Positions 60,401-64,000 of a DNA stretch of 64,000 bases are shown piece after piece. The translations under genes and the position numbers were made by a program. The DNA lies in NCBI GenBank assembly GCA_004431415.1, contig QPMI01000577.1, positions 44,985 to 108,984 on the forward strand, in the 5' to 3' direction. This DNA is from Cyanophora paradoxa CCMP329 (lineage: Eukaryota; Plantae; Glaucophyta). The first letter of the stretch is position 1, and each line of letters begins with the position of its first letter. The notes under the pieces are model-generated. The model was not told the DNA's origin. It searched no databases and worked only from the letters and a program-made list of their open reading frames with translations.

Positions 60401-62566
60401 ATCCTTACTGAATATGGTATGTGTCACAGGTGTCACAGGTCTATCCCAAAGTTTCTCCTATAAAGAGTGAATTTCCAAAAGTTTGGGATGGACCTGTGAC
60501 ACCTGTGACACCCAATTATTCATTAAATTCTTAAGGGACCCCCCTTAGACTCAATAAAACATGATAAAACATATCAATTTCATGTATAATTACGATTGGA
60601 TTCAATAAGAGATCTATTTGTTTAATTAAACAAATGAATCTCATATAGATATTAATCGAGTTAAGCGATATGTTTCGATTAAATGAATTAAATTTAATTA
60701 AATTTAATCGAGAAAGTACATGAATATAATATCGATTAAATCAATTAACTTTTAGACCAATCACACATAGTAAAATGCGGAGTTTAACCAGAGGCAAGAT
60801 CTAATTGAGATTCAGTTATATTATTCGGAAATATATAGAGATTATCGATAGACTCAGTAAGACTAATCGGAAATAAGAGAAATTTACGATAAAATATCGA
60901 AAAGAATACAAATAATCGAAATAATTGAATATTCGATAAGATATACACAGATTATCGATTGATTGAAATAGAATATACGAGATATATCAACAAAATCAAT
61001 TAAGATAAGCCGAGGGTTAAAACTCCGCATTTTACTATGTGTTACGGTGTGGCCCTACACCTTCATCTAACCCTGCGAGATTTAACAGGCCGTCCAGGCG
61101 GCCAGTCGGTCAAGAACGTGGATCAGCTCAAGTACCTGTTCCCCGACCAGGACAACGACCTGAACGGCGCCGAGAGCCCGATGCTCGAGTGGACTGACAT
61201 GGATCTGAGCCTCTACGGCTTCAAGGACGCGATCATCTACTGGCCCAAGGTGTCCTACCACGGCGGGGCAGGCCAGAAAGCTGACAGTAAGCTTGAGGCC
61301 ATCTCTTGATCGTGATTCTTTTCGGAAAAGGTCTAATGCGGCCCGCGCGCGCCTTGCAGAGTACAACATCACCCTCTTCCGTTACATTCGCGGCGCGAAC
61401 GGCTACGCCCCCGACAAGTACCAGAACTCTACGTACGTTCTGATTCGGTGTAGCTCCGTCGCTGCCTGCGATCAAGTTCTCACAAGTTCCGTTAGGTGGC
61501 CGCACCGTCGACGGCGACGTGAACTTTGCGTACGCGACCAACATCCAGCCCTCGCACTGCGTACGTATACGCCCCATGCCTAGGCCTTTCCATACTATAG
61601 GCTATAGATATATATTGCTAGTGGCGCCCGAACCCTCGGCGATAAACTTATATGAGTCGTATTAGTACTAGTGATGCCCTATCCCTCCCTGACTTTCCTT
61701 GCCAGTACGGGATGGGGCTCAAGCTCTGCAACTCGGTCGGCTGCTGCTCCCCCAGCAGCAATCCGCTCGAGAGCAGCGTCCCTTCACCACGGAAGACGGC
61801 AAAGTCCTGGCCCCCATCGGTGACTCCACCTGGTTCCAGCCGTGTACGCCCGCCCATCCTCCCGCGCTCCTTGCTCTCCCGCTTAAGCTTGGCACTGACG
61901 CCTCCACGTCGACCGCAGCCCAGAACTACGCGAACAAGAACTCGCGGGAGCCGACCGACCGCGGGTACTGCGTGGCCATCAGCCATCGGCGTCGTCACCA
62001 AGTCGCTCGTCGGCGCCGTCGACTTCAGCGGTGTCCCGGCCGAGGCCGCCACCACTACCGGTACCGCCGGCTCGGCCGCCCGCTCCGCCTCGACCGCCTC
62101 GTCCTCGGGCACCTCCAACACACTCCTCGCCGTCGCCATCGTTCGCGCCGGCCTCTCAGATATCGTTTAACACTGCATTAGTAATCCGTGCCGTTTCTTA
62201 CCGCCCCGTCTCCTCGCAGCCGTCCCCGTCGGCATTGCGGGCCTCGCCATCGGCGCCGTGCTCGCCGCGATGGTCATCACCCGCAACCAGGTCCGCGCCG
62301 CGACCATGGCCGCCGTTAGCGCCGGCAGCCGCGGCCAGACCCTGGTGCGCGATTTCGATCCGTGCACGTGTTAACGTTTCTCCTCGTTCTTTTCTGAACG
62401 CCCCCCGCAGAACATCCAACCGGCCTCGAACGCCTCGTTCGACCCGCACCCGCGCCCGGCCTCAAATGTCATGCTCATGGGCTCCGAGGAGTCGGCCCAC
62501 ACGCATGGGCACGAGTCCGCCAACATGCGGCACCGCGAGGCGGCCGCCCCCGAGTTCGACGTGTAA
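30425..62566 (+). CDS. Host type I membrane protein with fibronectin type III-like domains, split by the PLV insertion (exons 30425-32747 and 61089-62566)
   Basis: Signal peptide MKGAQAVLLVALGLLAFSAVASA; FN3-like motifs (APQNV..VSW, GSTYTVIVSAC, GNQYTLTVEACNAVGCS); reading frame continues across the element (..HQSGPYG|RPGGQSVKNVDQLKY..); TM VPVGIAGLAIGAVLAAMVI; stop at 62564-62566. Confidence 0.75.
32750..33728 (+). repeat. Left terminal inverted repeat (~980 bp; further 70-bp match at 33872-33939)
   Basis: Reverse complement of 60072-61042; 33872-33939 matches 59993-60060. Confidence 0.95.
33728..33870. repeat. Two 41-bp units plus tail, duplicating the end of the 34216-34563 array
   Basis: tcacactgtgattaaaaccattctcccccctgtgatttata x2 followed by ...tcactcgaggtatttatcacacgtcgaagtttcgccgaagtttca, as at 34504-34563. 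Confidence 0.9.
34216..34503. repeat. Tandem array, 7 x 41 bp
   Basis: Unit TCACACTGTGATTAAAACCATTCTCCCCCCTGTGATTT(A/T)TA starting at 34216, 34258, 34299, 34340, 34381, 34422 and 34463. Confidence 0.95.
34744..36129 (-). CDS. Retroviral-like (rve, DDE) integrase, Polinton type
   Basis: YVIDLLFF / VQSDAGSEF / SQGRIEAFNKQIK / YNNTVHSATKLKP; C-terminal PGMFVRV..NWSRMVYTV; consistent with the 6-bp TSD. Confidence 0.93.
   Translation of the reverse strand: MPATGRIVRRTTEQLQGNLLPITIPKEEKGESRIVKKSEMKELVPVEIPVAIAVKETSKIAKRFYDVRTGYKGLQAMRAELPDESYKQLQEFYKKQEVVQINAPAISRKRDPMVPIRQPLDTYVIDLLFFPAYKKQNNGYDTFMTAMESTLRTGYIIPIRDKSALTTLAAFKQLEMRVARPIVKVQSDAGSEFQNRIFQEYLSSKYIEHQVSGTADHRSQGRIEAFNKQIKRLITNYCIANNTARFFDVLGDIEFNYNNTVHSATKLKPGETTEEHYRYIVGLEDERFKKSIAYLDTMQPGMFVRVKVEKNPFAKQGNNWSRMVYTVDSREGFKFKLRSPNGEIIDNRFAFHELLPVNAVEYLETPTVDALEQAKEEARVDAAIRREGIEAANEVPDKPLIEARKEKTGKVNRELKKLTIAGTQKLSEVNSQRWYNDFQTTKESYTAPKPQRTLRERTKTS
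36133..39378 (-). CDS. Family B DNA polymerase (protein-primed Polinton type) with N-terminal vOTU-like and endonuclease-VII-like domains
   Basis: Motifs FDANNLYG, KLMNNSIYGK, FHDTDS, GLRAKVY; YGLDPVHYVSAPGLSWDAML; CYLC..DHDHHTG..ACRNCNL; NIRNIDDSCF...GHY. Confidence 0.93.
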   Translation of the reverse strand: MPRISNRLIREKKWELMGLLGTLYAAHEITEAEYDREIGFISRGRPTLAKLTRKANNLYDKVETLDELDRLRQIEPEAEDGTAMNELYRWLTYRARREVVVDVIEYLDRIATSLPKRLRDSLDQFRAIKVRLSFICKFVKVSNPQVWISKYIYSDYFVLTKSRNIRTELNKAAQMCQEQMNVVDSYRLERIEMLRVAIMSYAPTGGCYVKTPESIAAKRATVNIRNIDDSCFENAILAWIHRKDVNSHKRSELTQYRKWKYSPTIYNPLALNFDNISFPVACDAEIIDKFESQNAGISINIFGMDRDVIYPLHQSSNPGRKQKINLMLIHDDEGNGHYITIMSLSRLLRVALDKTKDQKLHYCDTCLSRFRSEAKLTAHVDSNRCIDWRLSKGITPKPDTTIEFGLKNLRKTVWLPVVVYCKIEHRSIPIDASKSKREVSAVNIRIVTGADVQEFRFEGLDPMGGLFECLESKARELIDFLFTNIPMNELTDEQKAVYRATKHCYLCSERFTKENFKCRDHDHHTGNYIAPACRNCNLHRRISKQTKVAVVVDQMDDCGTFIFRKIAGMGDKKRIEILSKNFDQYLSLQWGLYKFIDASNFMDFGAADVDELMSKFQAFRRLSHSVYGLDPVHYVSAPGLSWDAMLRTTKAKIELISDVEQYEFVERGIRGGFATMPCRYAEADGENSHIMLFDANNLYGYCLSQPIPVGDFRWETEFNPQDNRSSFLEVDLDYPIRLFLDHSDFPLIINKKIVEYAELSQYQKSLLDLSGEELDKTPKLTATFGSVTNYVISEPLLQYLLDKGVKLKKVHRVLSFTVAPVMKPYIELNTEMRRRAVNKFEADFYKLMNNSIYGKCIESCRGRSVVKIANSEKLFMKYAASPLVKSTSPINEKAVAFEFYTKHVKLDKPVAIGAYVLDAAKLHNYQFFYDTIRSQWSKAKLLFHDTDSFCLYIESKTLQKDIENISYALDLGGSNRMTPGKYKNEMPGSAILEYVGLRAKVYSFRTAEIERSKLSGTSTEELQFNDFKPCLFAGISKTVTAKQKRRADHTIIDTVSRRVALKCFDAKRYILPDGINSVPFN
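39446..39486 (+). promoter_or_regulatory. Putative viral promoter motif (copy 1 of 3)
   Basis: AAAACTACTTAAAGAAATATCTTCTATATATATAAAAGGAC immediately before the ATG at 39488; near-identical at 40769-40810 and related at 40316-40346. Confidence 0.65.
39488..40303 (+). CDS. Hypothetical Zn-binding protein with coiled coil and C-terminal DUF5710-like motif
   Basis: CACDHPI...VGNCCILRF, CERC..CNKC; VPYLKKDIAKGLDCRWNKDKKTW. Confidence 0.7.
   Translation: MAEKKSYCLEKLKAALMLLCGSDNFNDYVALGSNRKPLPLWAKLAKYGLSDYDLPPESEHCACDHPIKEQCYILHVNKKIVVIVGNCCILRFIPKGARGQDICERCGDRHKNRKDNFCNKCRIALKQEELERKRELEKQEEARKRQLELEERERKQRELEQERARNKHAVNLFLIWSNQFIPKMDNLRRDDIERFREGRSALIEMYAELSTTNTLVAGFQVPYLKKDIAKGLDCRWNKDKKTWETLEIEPFVALLGKHFKLMYIERFGQRG
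40360..40614 (+). CDS. Small basic protein, possibly DNA-binding
   Basis: MPLSEAQKRAMKRYQQTEKGK; preceded by the shared promoter motif. Confidence 0.6.
   Translation: MPLSEAQKRAMKRYQQTEKGKAQIKKFNEKIATQLRDLYNTDDTYRAMKIASSCQRKYAANAVCFVKYLYDVPYSNRGRKLKHV
40769..40810 (+). promoter_or_regulatory. Putative viral promoter motif (copy 3)
   Basis: AAAACTACTTAAAGAAAAATCTTCTATATATATAAAAGGGAC upstream of the primase-helicase. Confidence 0.65.
40825..43152 (+). CDS. Primase-polymerase (AEP/PrimPol) fused to D5-like SF3 helicase
   Basis: VIDFDD and KTKKGYHVYF (AEP); CPCC..H..N Zn-like segment; IGFDNGVFDL (D5_N); Walker A GAGANGKS; KEVTGG; AIQRR. Confidence 0.92.
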   Translation: MNAKQTKSLKSLANWLRSDEDLAKNMIIPVKPDSKDPVFKHKGGAWSWEKYEEALATNQYVSWGILLSDNMMVIDFDDEEDFEKFRDMFPDDFDANQPMAKTKKGYHVYFKRPEEFTKLKITDKAPGFKGFEKVDLKTITGTGTSGLINVCPSVNKTWVIAPWDDTCDFNEPTDEFKKWIAENYIYKSEYTASASSNDELEKSILKELVDMGFMHPNIISKTELGFSFDAANKGLNCPCCNGSHESNNWYVMKAKGEDKKYIVSSYSGNCKKRFIFIGMQSDIFNLIDKSAGSGGAHYDVSLVCKEVLQHTWRYSKKSWFKLNTDTGIWEHDDTNQKIYLDISCLVVPQYLGRAVHYSQRALKDEENRTAFEEKSKTLISIAKNLKQSGYRKSLLTDLLPLLNDDEFYEKIDTVPYVIGFDNGVFDLTTMTFRKGKLEDMVSKSVGYDYTENVDPKKVEHLNQIYREIVDDPAERKYLLASIAIALSGSTKSQKFYMWTGAGANGKSLVQEYCKQISGAYYSPLEISYWTKPKKNSSDATPELAKLLGKRLVFSNEAEDGDKLQISKIKEVTGGNEMTVRALFKDPVILTPMFQVYITTNDNLTINKPDFAIQRRLSYQRFNNIFREKPEAGQKKADPTLFTLLHNDDEYKMAHMKILLDMWKNKEVEEILRNPPQSIIEQGINFIAENDKIGEWLRDNFEVTHNANDFVSSDTIYKSYRSVDDKVECVSVMKRVREIFNVKSEVKRIQGTRARGYIGLRKITRVQEDNGEDVEY
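43372..43593 (+). CDS. Small hypothetical protein
   Basis: Open frame MAKTLDEMTMNELDKCIKHGD...; no recognisable motif. Confidence 0.35.
   Translation: MAKTLDEMTMNELDKCIKHGDIGAYIEMSQRLIGYNMYAAKPKRNRSVNIHITVSVSENANKKQQKHIYKSYL
43681..43926 (-). CDS. Small basic protein with AT-hook-like motif
   Basis: QKRYREDPEYREYKKQQALASYYRRK...RPRGRP. Confidence 0.6.
   Translation of the reverse strand: MEDTISLIEFTSDEPVTEGSIRHILAMQKRYREDPEYREYKKQQALASYYRRKAQKEEQRPRGRPIKYYLPTDSSNGPPGL
43910..44182 (-). CDS. Small hypothetical protein
   Basis: 90-aa ORF tightly packed in the minus-strand gene block; CHSGCC motif. Confidence 0.5.
   Translation of the reverse strand: MDIIRKFIEMLSLHVVSNCHSGCCDTTIEFEMSDTEDNVSEARERRRSTVSVESMPADPTEYTYEQQEYPRRSSLPAENVFSGNINGGHY
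44205..44939 (-). CDS. Hypothetical charged protein (possible virion core protein)
   Basis: 244-aa ORF next to the ATPase, with N-terminal MPPKRK NLS-like motif. Confidence 0.6.
   Translation of the reverse strand: MPPKRKIGIPAGAVGYSGGGNNGSINTEPMKFNGMNEVKPSQQEEDPLNAAYEESVDDKAPQASTSDQLNISPEASKMRAVAEGARRIIGAADDKGLGLQDLSLARKGEGLSKESDKVIQSMAGEVTYKTAPTQNIHRIPKAQWDEMTAKLKDLEAKSSALEQYVTEKKERAKLKEMLRKEVYKMGITGVPDKQFIAKKENQIDEQAVDEMKTKTQKGTIEPGATKAEVEKGVAPTVYKRRVWL
44968..45750 (-). CDS. A32/FtsK-like genome packaging ATPase
   Basis: Walker A GKSATGKS, Walker B LCVVLDD, SRGRHSKISIICITQ, IRVNSDY. Confidence 0.93.
   Translation of the reverse strand: MTDLDEFVAGEMIEPPFRVLALGKSATGKSEAVKYWLKQLHDAKKIDVVLVVSGTSFNHFWDKVATLQLGKWDAPYIAKLLDERQEKIEKGEPVNQLCVVLDDLIDNEIVDLTRDKIIGSLYSRGRHSKISIICITQKLRKVSSTIRVNSDYAMFLSAANRKELEAIEEEYNIMRNKEDFYKMFEEYVHSYQYIIWSSANYSVKYYVDKAELVKDFPFPRFHRKPKKKEDELKPPEKEEAPKEVKSQVHSNKLMRYKRGL
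45816..47183 (-). CDS. Major capsid protein (double jelly-roll), ~455 aa, split by about 3 frameshifts in this assembly
   Basis: ATG at 47183; ISFKLPR..CGKLELAFDLP, VQRLEITYG, FFVEIPVPW/LAKSLPSLGALSGEMVVTVWF resemble DJR MCP strands; lies between ATPase and penton. Confidence 0.75.
47237..48247 (-). CDS. Minor capsid (penton) protein 1
   Basis: YIEVSS..SSFVARLP..YENVRAVRLVSAEFYNS; LFVRVKEL; LSTFSVDIVNAINEPIDFEGQPVHLTFEI, the PLV penton pattern. Confidence 0.82.
   Translation of the reverse strand: MPVDYIEVSSFNTISGDGPTSSFVARLPSSYENVRAVRLVSAEFYNSIPMVSGETKAGDVTVDNAFSIYYSEQTPGAGSSGIPTVRPAADYEQWKQFIISRNTPIQSHQQLVNVINSKFEGRNPQPSIRCKWDESLKRIIFHSAVPFYLAFSVAVNPSQQTIQKLLSSARLLGLDPGRYGNSPIQSQVYDALTDGIFTGGRVNGIISSFEPEKTRDSVLFVRVKELGDLVQCGDGLLTGYFHKIVVPDKDYGEHVVYNSTEAHPLYKYYNKKVGLSTFSVDIVNAINEPIDFEGQPVHLTFEIRYGDEPAGDPVYEYFKMRMSQLHPSYPVITNFA
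48277..49207 (+). CDS. Minor capsid (penton) protein 2, frameshifted in assembly
   Basis: LVNIDSRDR..SYRVTL..RVLYAEIPNSIY; YLYMHIKEL; IRELTVEFKDYFGELIDMNGIDNSFQLEF spread over three ORFs. Confidence 0.8.
49197..50752 (-). CDS. Patatin-like phospholipase with C-terminal F5/8 type C (discoidin) domain, one frameshift near 49850
   Basis: LSLSGGGARG, GTSTGG, ATSAAPTYF, IDG; then FTASS, EYLQVAF, STDGINW, KYIRIYP..PTMRVDFTG. Confidence 0.85.
50796..57322 (+). CDS. Giant modular phage-tail-fibre-like protein (~2,200 aa if frameshifts are corrected; could be more than one gene)
   Basis: LLP..KDLG..RQWRNI motif; acidic EEYLPDG repeats; HxHxWxDITDKP repeats; YLPLxGGTI motifs; two LamG-like blocks (ISELIVFNRALT..VRYYIQQKYG); C-terminal IHWTAYG. 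Consecutive ORFs abut with 1-nt frame changes. Confidence 0.75.
53870..54712 (+). repeat. Coding tandem repeats (HTHTKSQITDFA / HTHLWADLTDKPLTFxPSA)
   Basis: Alternating 12-aa and 19-aa units, near-identical at DNA level; related blocks at 55700-56170 and 56675-56790. Confidence 0.9.
57372..58214 (+). CDS. Spike/fibre-like protein, paralogue A (frameshifted)
   Basis: GLESTE..ELRADKNSGVVKTTRLLVTNANF..GGAFIGGGCRISG..GLYTITLIGLRTD. Confidence 0.6.
58238..59088 (+). CDS. Spike/fibre-like protein, paralogue B (frameshifted)
   Basis: GLQSTE..ELRCDKNNGIVKTTKLLVTNANF..GGAYIGDGLRVGG..VVITPYDN..GIYKCVLYAERTD; end approximate. Confidence 0.6.
59092..59331 (+). CDS. DUF723-like zinc-ribbon protein (single repeat)
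   Basis: FIDAAMTVHGKDKFDYSETHY..KVSVRC..C..PFNHVKGSGC. Confidence 0.65.
   Translation: MDSKTKKFIDAAMTVHGKDKFDYSETHYIKAQEKVSVRCLQCNKVILTYPFNHVKGSGCRTVTKERVKHTGKELLHQSE
59387..59785 (+). CDS. speD: S-adenosylmethionine decarboxylase proenzyme, short prokaryotic class (pyruvoyl-dependent)
   Basis: G.HVMLD; PPGFALVLLLDESHCTAHCY; AIDIFSCG: ESH self-cleavage motif and conserved (T/S)CG. Confidence 0.88.
   Translation: METKYRGFHVMLDYKAKSAIATGYEHVSFLGNWIMGTLEQAILRQGIRIVHKHCEIFDGKVSPPGFALVLLLDESHCTAHCYSNEGMLAIDIFSCGKEAQHKTQSVADEIDKTMNFLTFEKTERHKHDRFPF
60072..61042 (-). repeat. Right terminal inverted repeat
   Basis: Reverse complement of 32750-33728; the differences I checked are single-base homopolymer deletions. 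Confidence 0.95.
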
Positions 62567-63319
62567 ACCGCGCGCGCCCGCAATTCTTGAAGCAAGTAGC
62601 CTTTGACAGTTGACCTATAGCTATTAGAACGATCGCGTAGCGATCAAATTTTAGGCCGCGCGCGTAGTTCTGCGTTAGTTTTCTAGATCGCGATCGGCAC
62701 GCCCAGCTGCGCAGGCAGCTCACGTCCTGTCACGGTCCTGATCAGGCCGCTCATGCTCGATATCAGCACTGCACTCTCTGTCAACAATCGATCTAATCAT
62801 AACAATCATGTGTCTGCAGTTTATAATCAGAAGCTCTACATGTAGCAGAGTATAGTCCATTGCTCGCAGCCCTAGTTGCAATCTCTTAATTATAAAACGG
62901 GGCCCTACCCGCCTACGGTACCGGTACTAGTGCTCGGATTGAATACAACATGAACAGTGGGACGTCGACTTGCCTGGGCATCTCCCAGGCCTAGGTCTAT
63001 CATAGTATCGTTGCTGGCATGGTAGGGCCGGACCTACTCTAATAAATGCTTACTAACTATAGCGGCCGGGTCCGGGATTCCGTGGGGGGAGGGGGGTCGG
63101 GTGGGGGTGGATTATAATTAAAGGGCGGGGGGGGGTCCGGTGGGGGAGGGGGGGGGGGGGGGGGGGGGGGGCGGGGCGGGAGGGGGCGAGGGGGGCGGGG
63201 TTGGCTTAAGCTTGGACAGGTCCAGGCGCCGGCCTAGGGTGAGGGGGGTCATGGGCACGGCCTGGAGGGGGTCGTGTGGGGGCATGCGCATGCACGGACA
63301 GCGGGCGTGGAGGGGGGGG

Positions 63320-63352
<33 letters not shown>

Positions 63353-63835
63353 CATGGGGGTGGCATGGGGCCGGGGAGACTGGGGAGACTTAGGGGGGGG
63401 GGGGGGGGGGGGGGGGGCATCACGCAGGGTGGGGAGGGGTGGGAGGGAAAGAGAGGGAAGGTGCGCGGGCGGGCCAAGTCTTAGGGTCAAAGAAAAAAAA
63501 GGGGTGGGGCCCCAGGGACCCCGGCCCGCCGGGCCCGGGGTCCCTGGGGCCTCGTAGGCCTGGGCCGACCGGAGGGGGGAGTCGAGACGGGCTTTCAAGT
63601 TTGGGGCGGGTCATTGTACTGCAGAAATATATCGATATATATCAAGCATCTGGGGGGTTCGAATGACAAGAGCTCATGGAGAATGAACCCAGGCCAGGTG
63701 GACAATCTGGGGGTCCATGTGTAGCACAGCAGGGCCGGCCAGCGGCGCCGGCTCTCCGGGATCCAGAGCCTGAAATGACGTTCTCAACATCATCTGAAGG
63801 TTTTTATCTGAGTTACTAGGTCTTCGACTTGCGGA

Positions 63836-63990
63836 TAAATGAATTCGCACACACCGAGACAAGTGGCTAGAGATATAACTGAGGTGTCCATCTGTGTCAA
63901 GTCGAGAGATGAGCCTACGGGACTAAGCCTTTCGGACATCGGACCGGGTGGAGCTCGGATGTGGAAATAACTGGAGAAGCTACCCCGGGG
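63836..63990. repeat. Dispersed repeat, inverted copy of ~28995-29150
   Basis: taaatgaattcgcacacaccgagacaa..gagctcggat.tggaaataactgga is the reverse complement of sequence inside the 27908-29460 element. Confidence 0.85.
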
Positions 63991-64000
63991 ATTAATTCTA

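Larger units (their letters stand above)
32750..61042. mobile_element. Endogenous Polinton-like virus / Maverick-like element, ~28.3 kb
   Basis: Abrupt GC-rich to AT-rich switch; termini ACACATAG...CTATGTGT; 6-bp TSD TACGGT (32744-32749, 61043-61048); intronless genes for integrase, PolB, ATPase, MCP and pentons. Confidence 0.96.

Noticed and set aside
32750-61042. Bacterial or phage contamination, or chimeric join
   Set aside because: Perfect TSD, TIRs and a host gene that continues in frame on both sides indicate genuine integration

Overview
GC-rich, short-intron eukaryotic (protist/algal-type) genomic DNA carrying a complete-looking, AT-rich endogenous Polinton-like virus (PLV/Maverick-like) at 32750-61042 (~28.3 kb). 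The element has ~1 kb terminal inverted repeats and a perfect 6-bp target-site duplication (TACGGT). It sits exactly on an apparent 5' splice site of a host fibronectin-III type I membrane protein gene. It encodes an rve integrase, a protein-primed-type PolB whose proofreading motifs look destroyed, a PrimPol-D5/SF3 helicase, an A32-like packaging ATPase, a double-jelly-roll major capsid protein, two penton paralogues, a patatin-discoidin fusion, a ~2,200-aa modular phage-like fibre, two spike paralogues and a prokaryote-type S-adenosylmethionine decarboxylase. Frameshifts in the right half look like homopolymer consensus errors rather than decay. Host genes: POLR3C, a TPM-TM-RING protein, a coiled-coil protein, an F-box protein, a Cys-rich repeat protein, a protein with four Rho-type RNA-binding OB repeats, and RAB3GAP1, with many GC-AG introns. 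A nested cluster of non-autonomous DNA transposons (hAT-like with 8-bp TSD; TA-TSD MITEs) lies at 26.6-30.1 kb. All calls come from motif recognition by eye; no searches were run.
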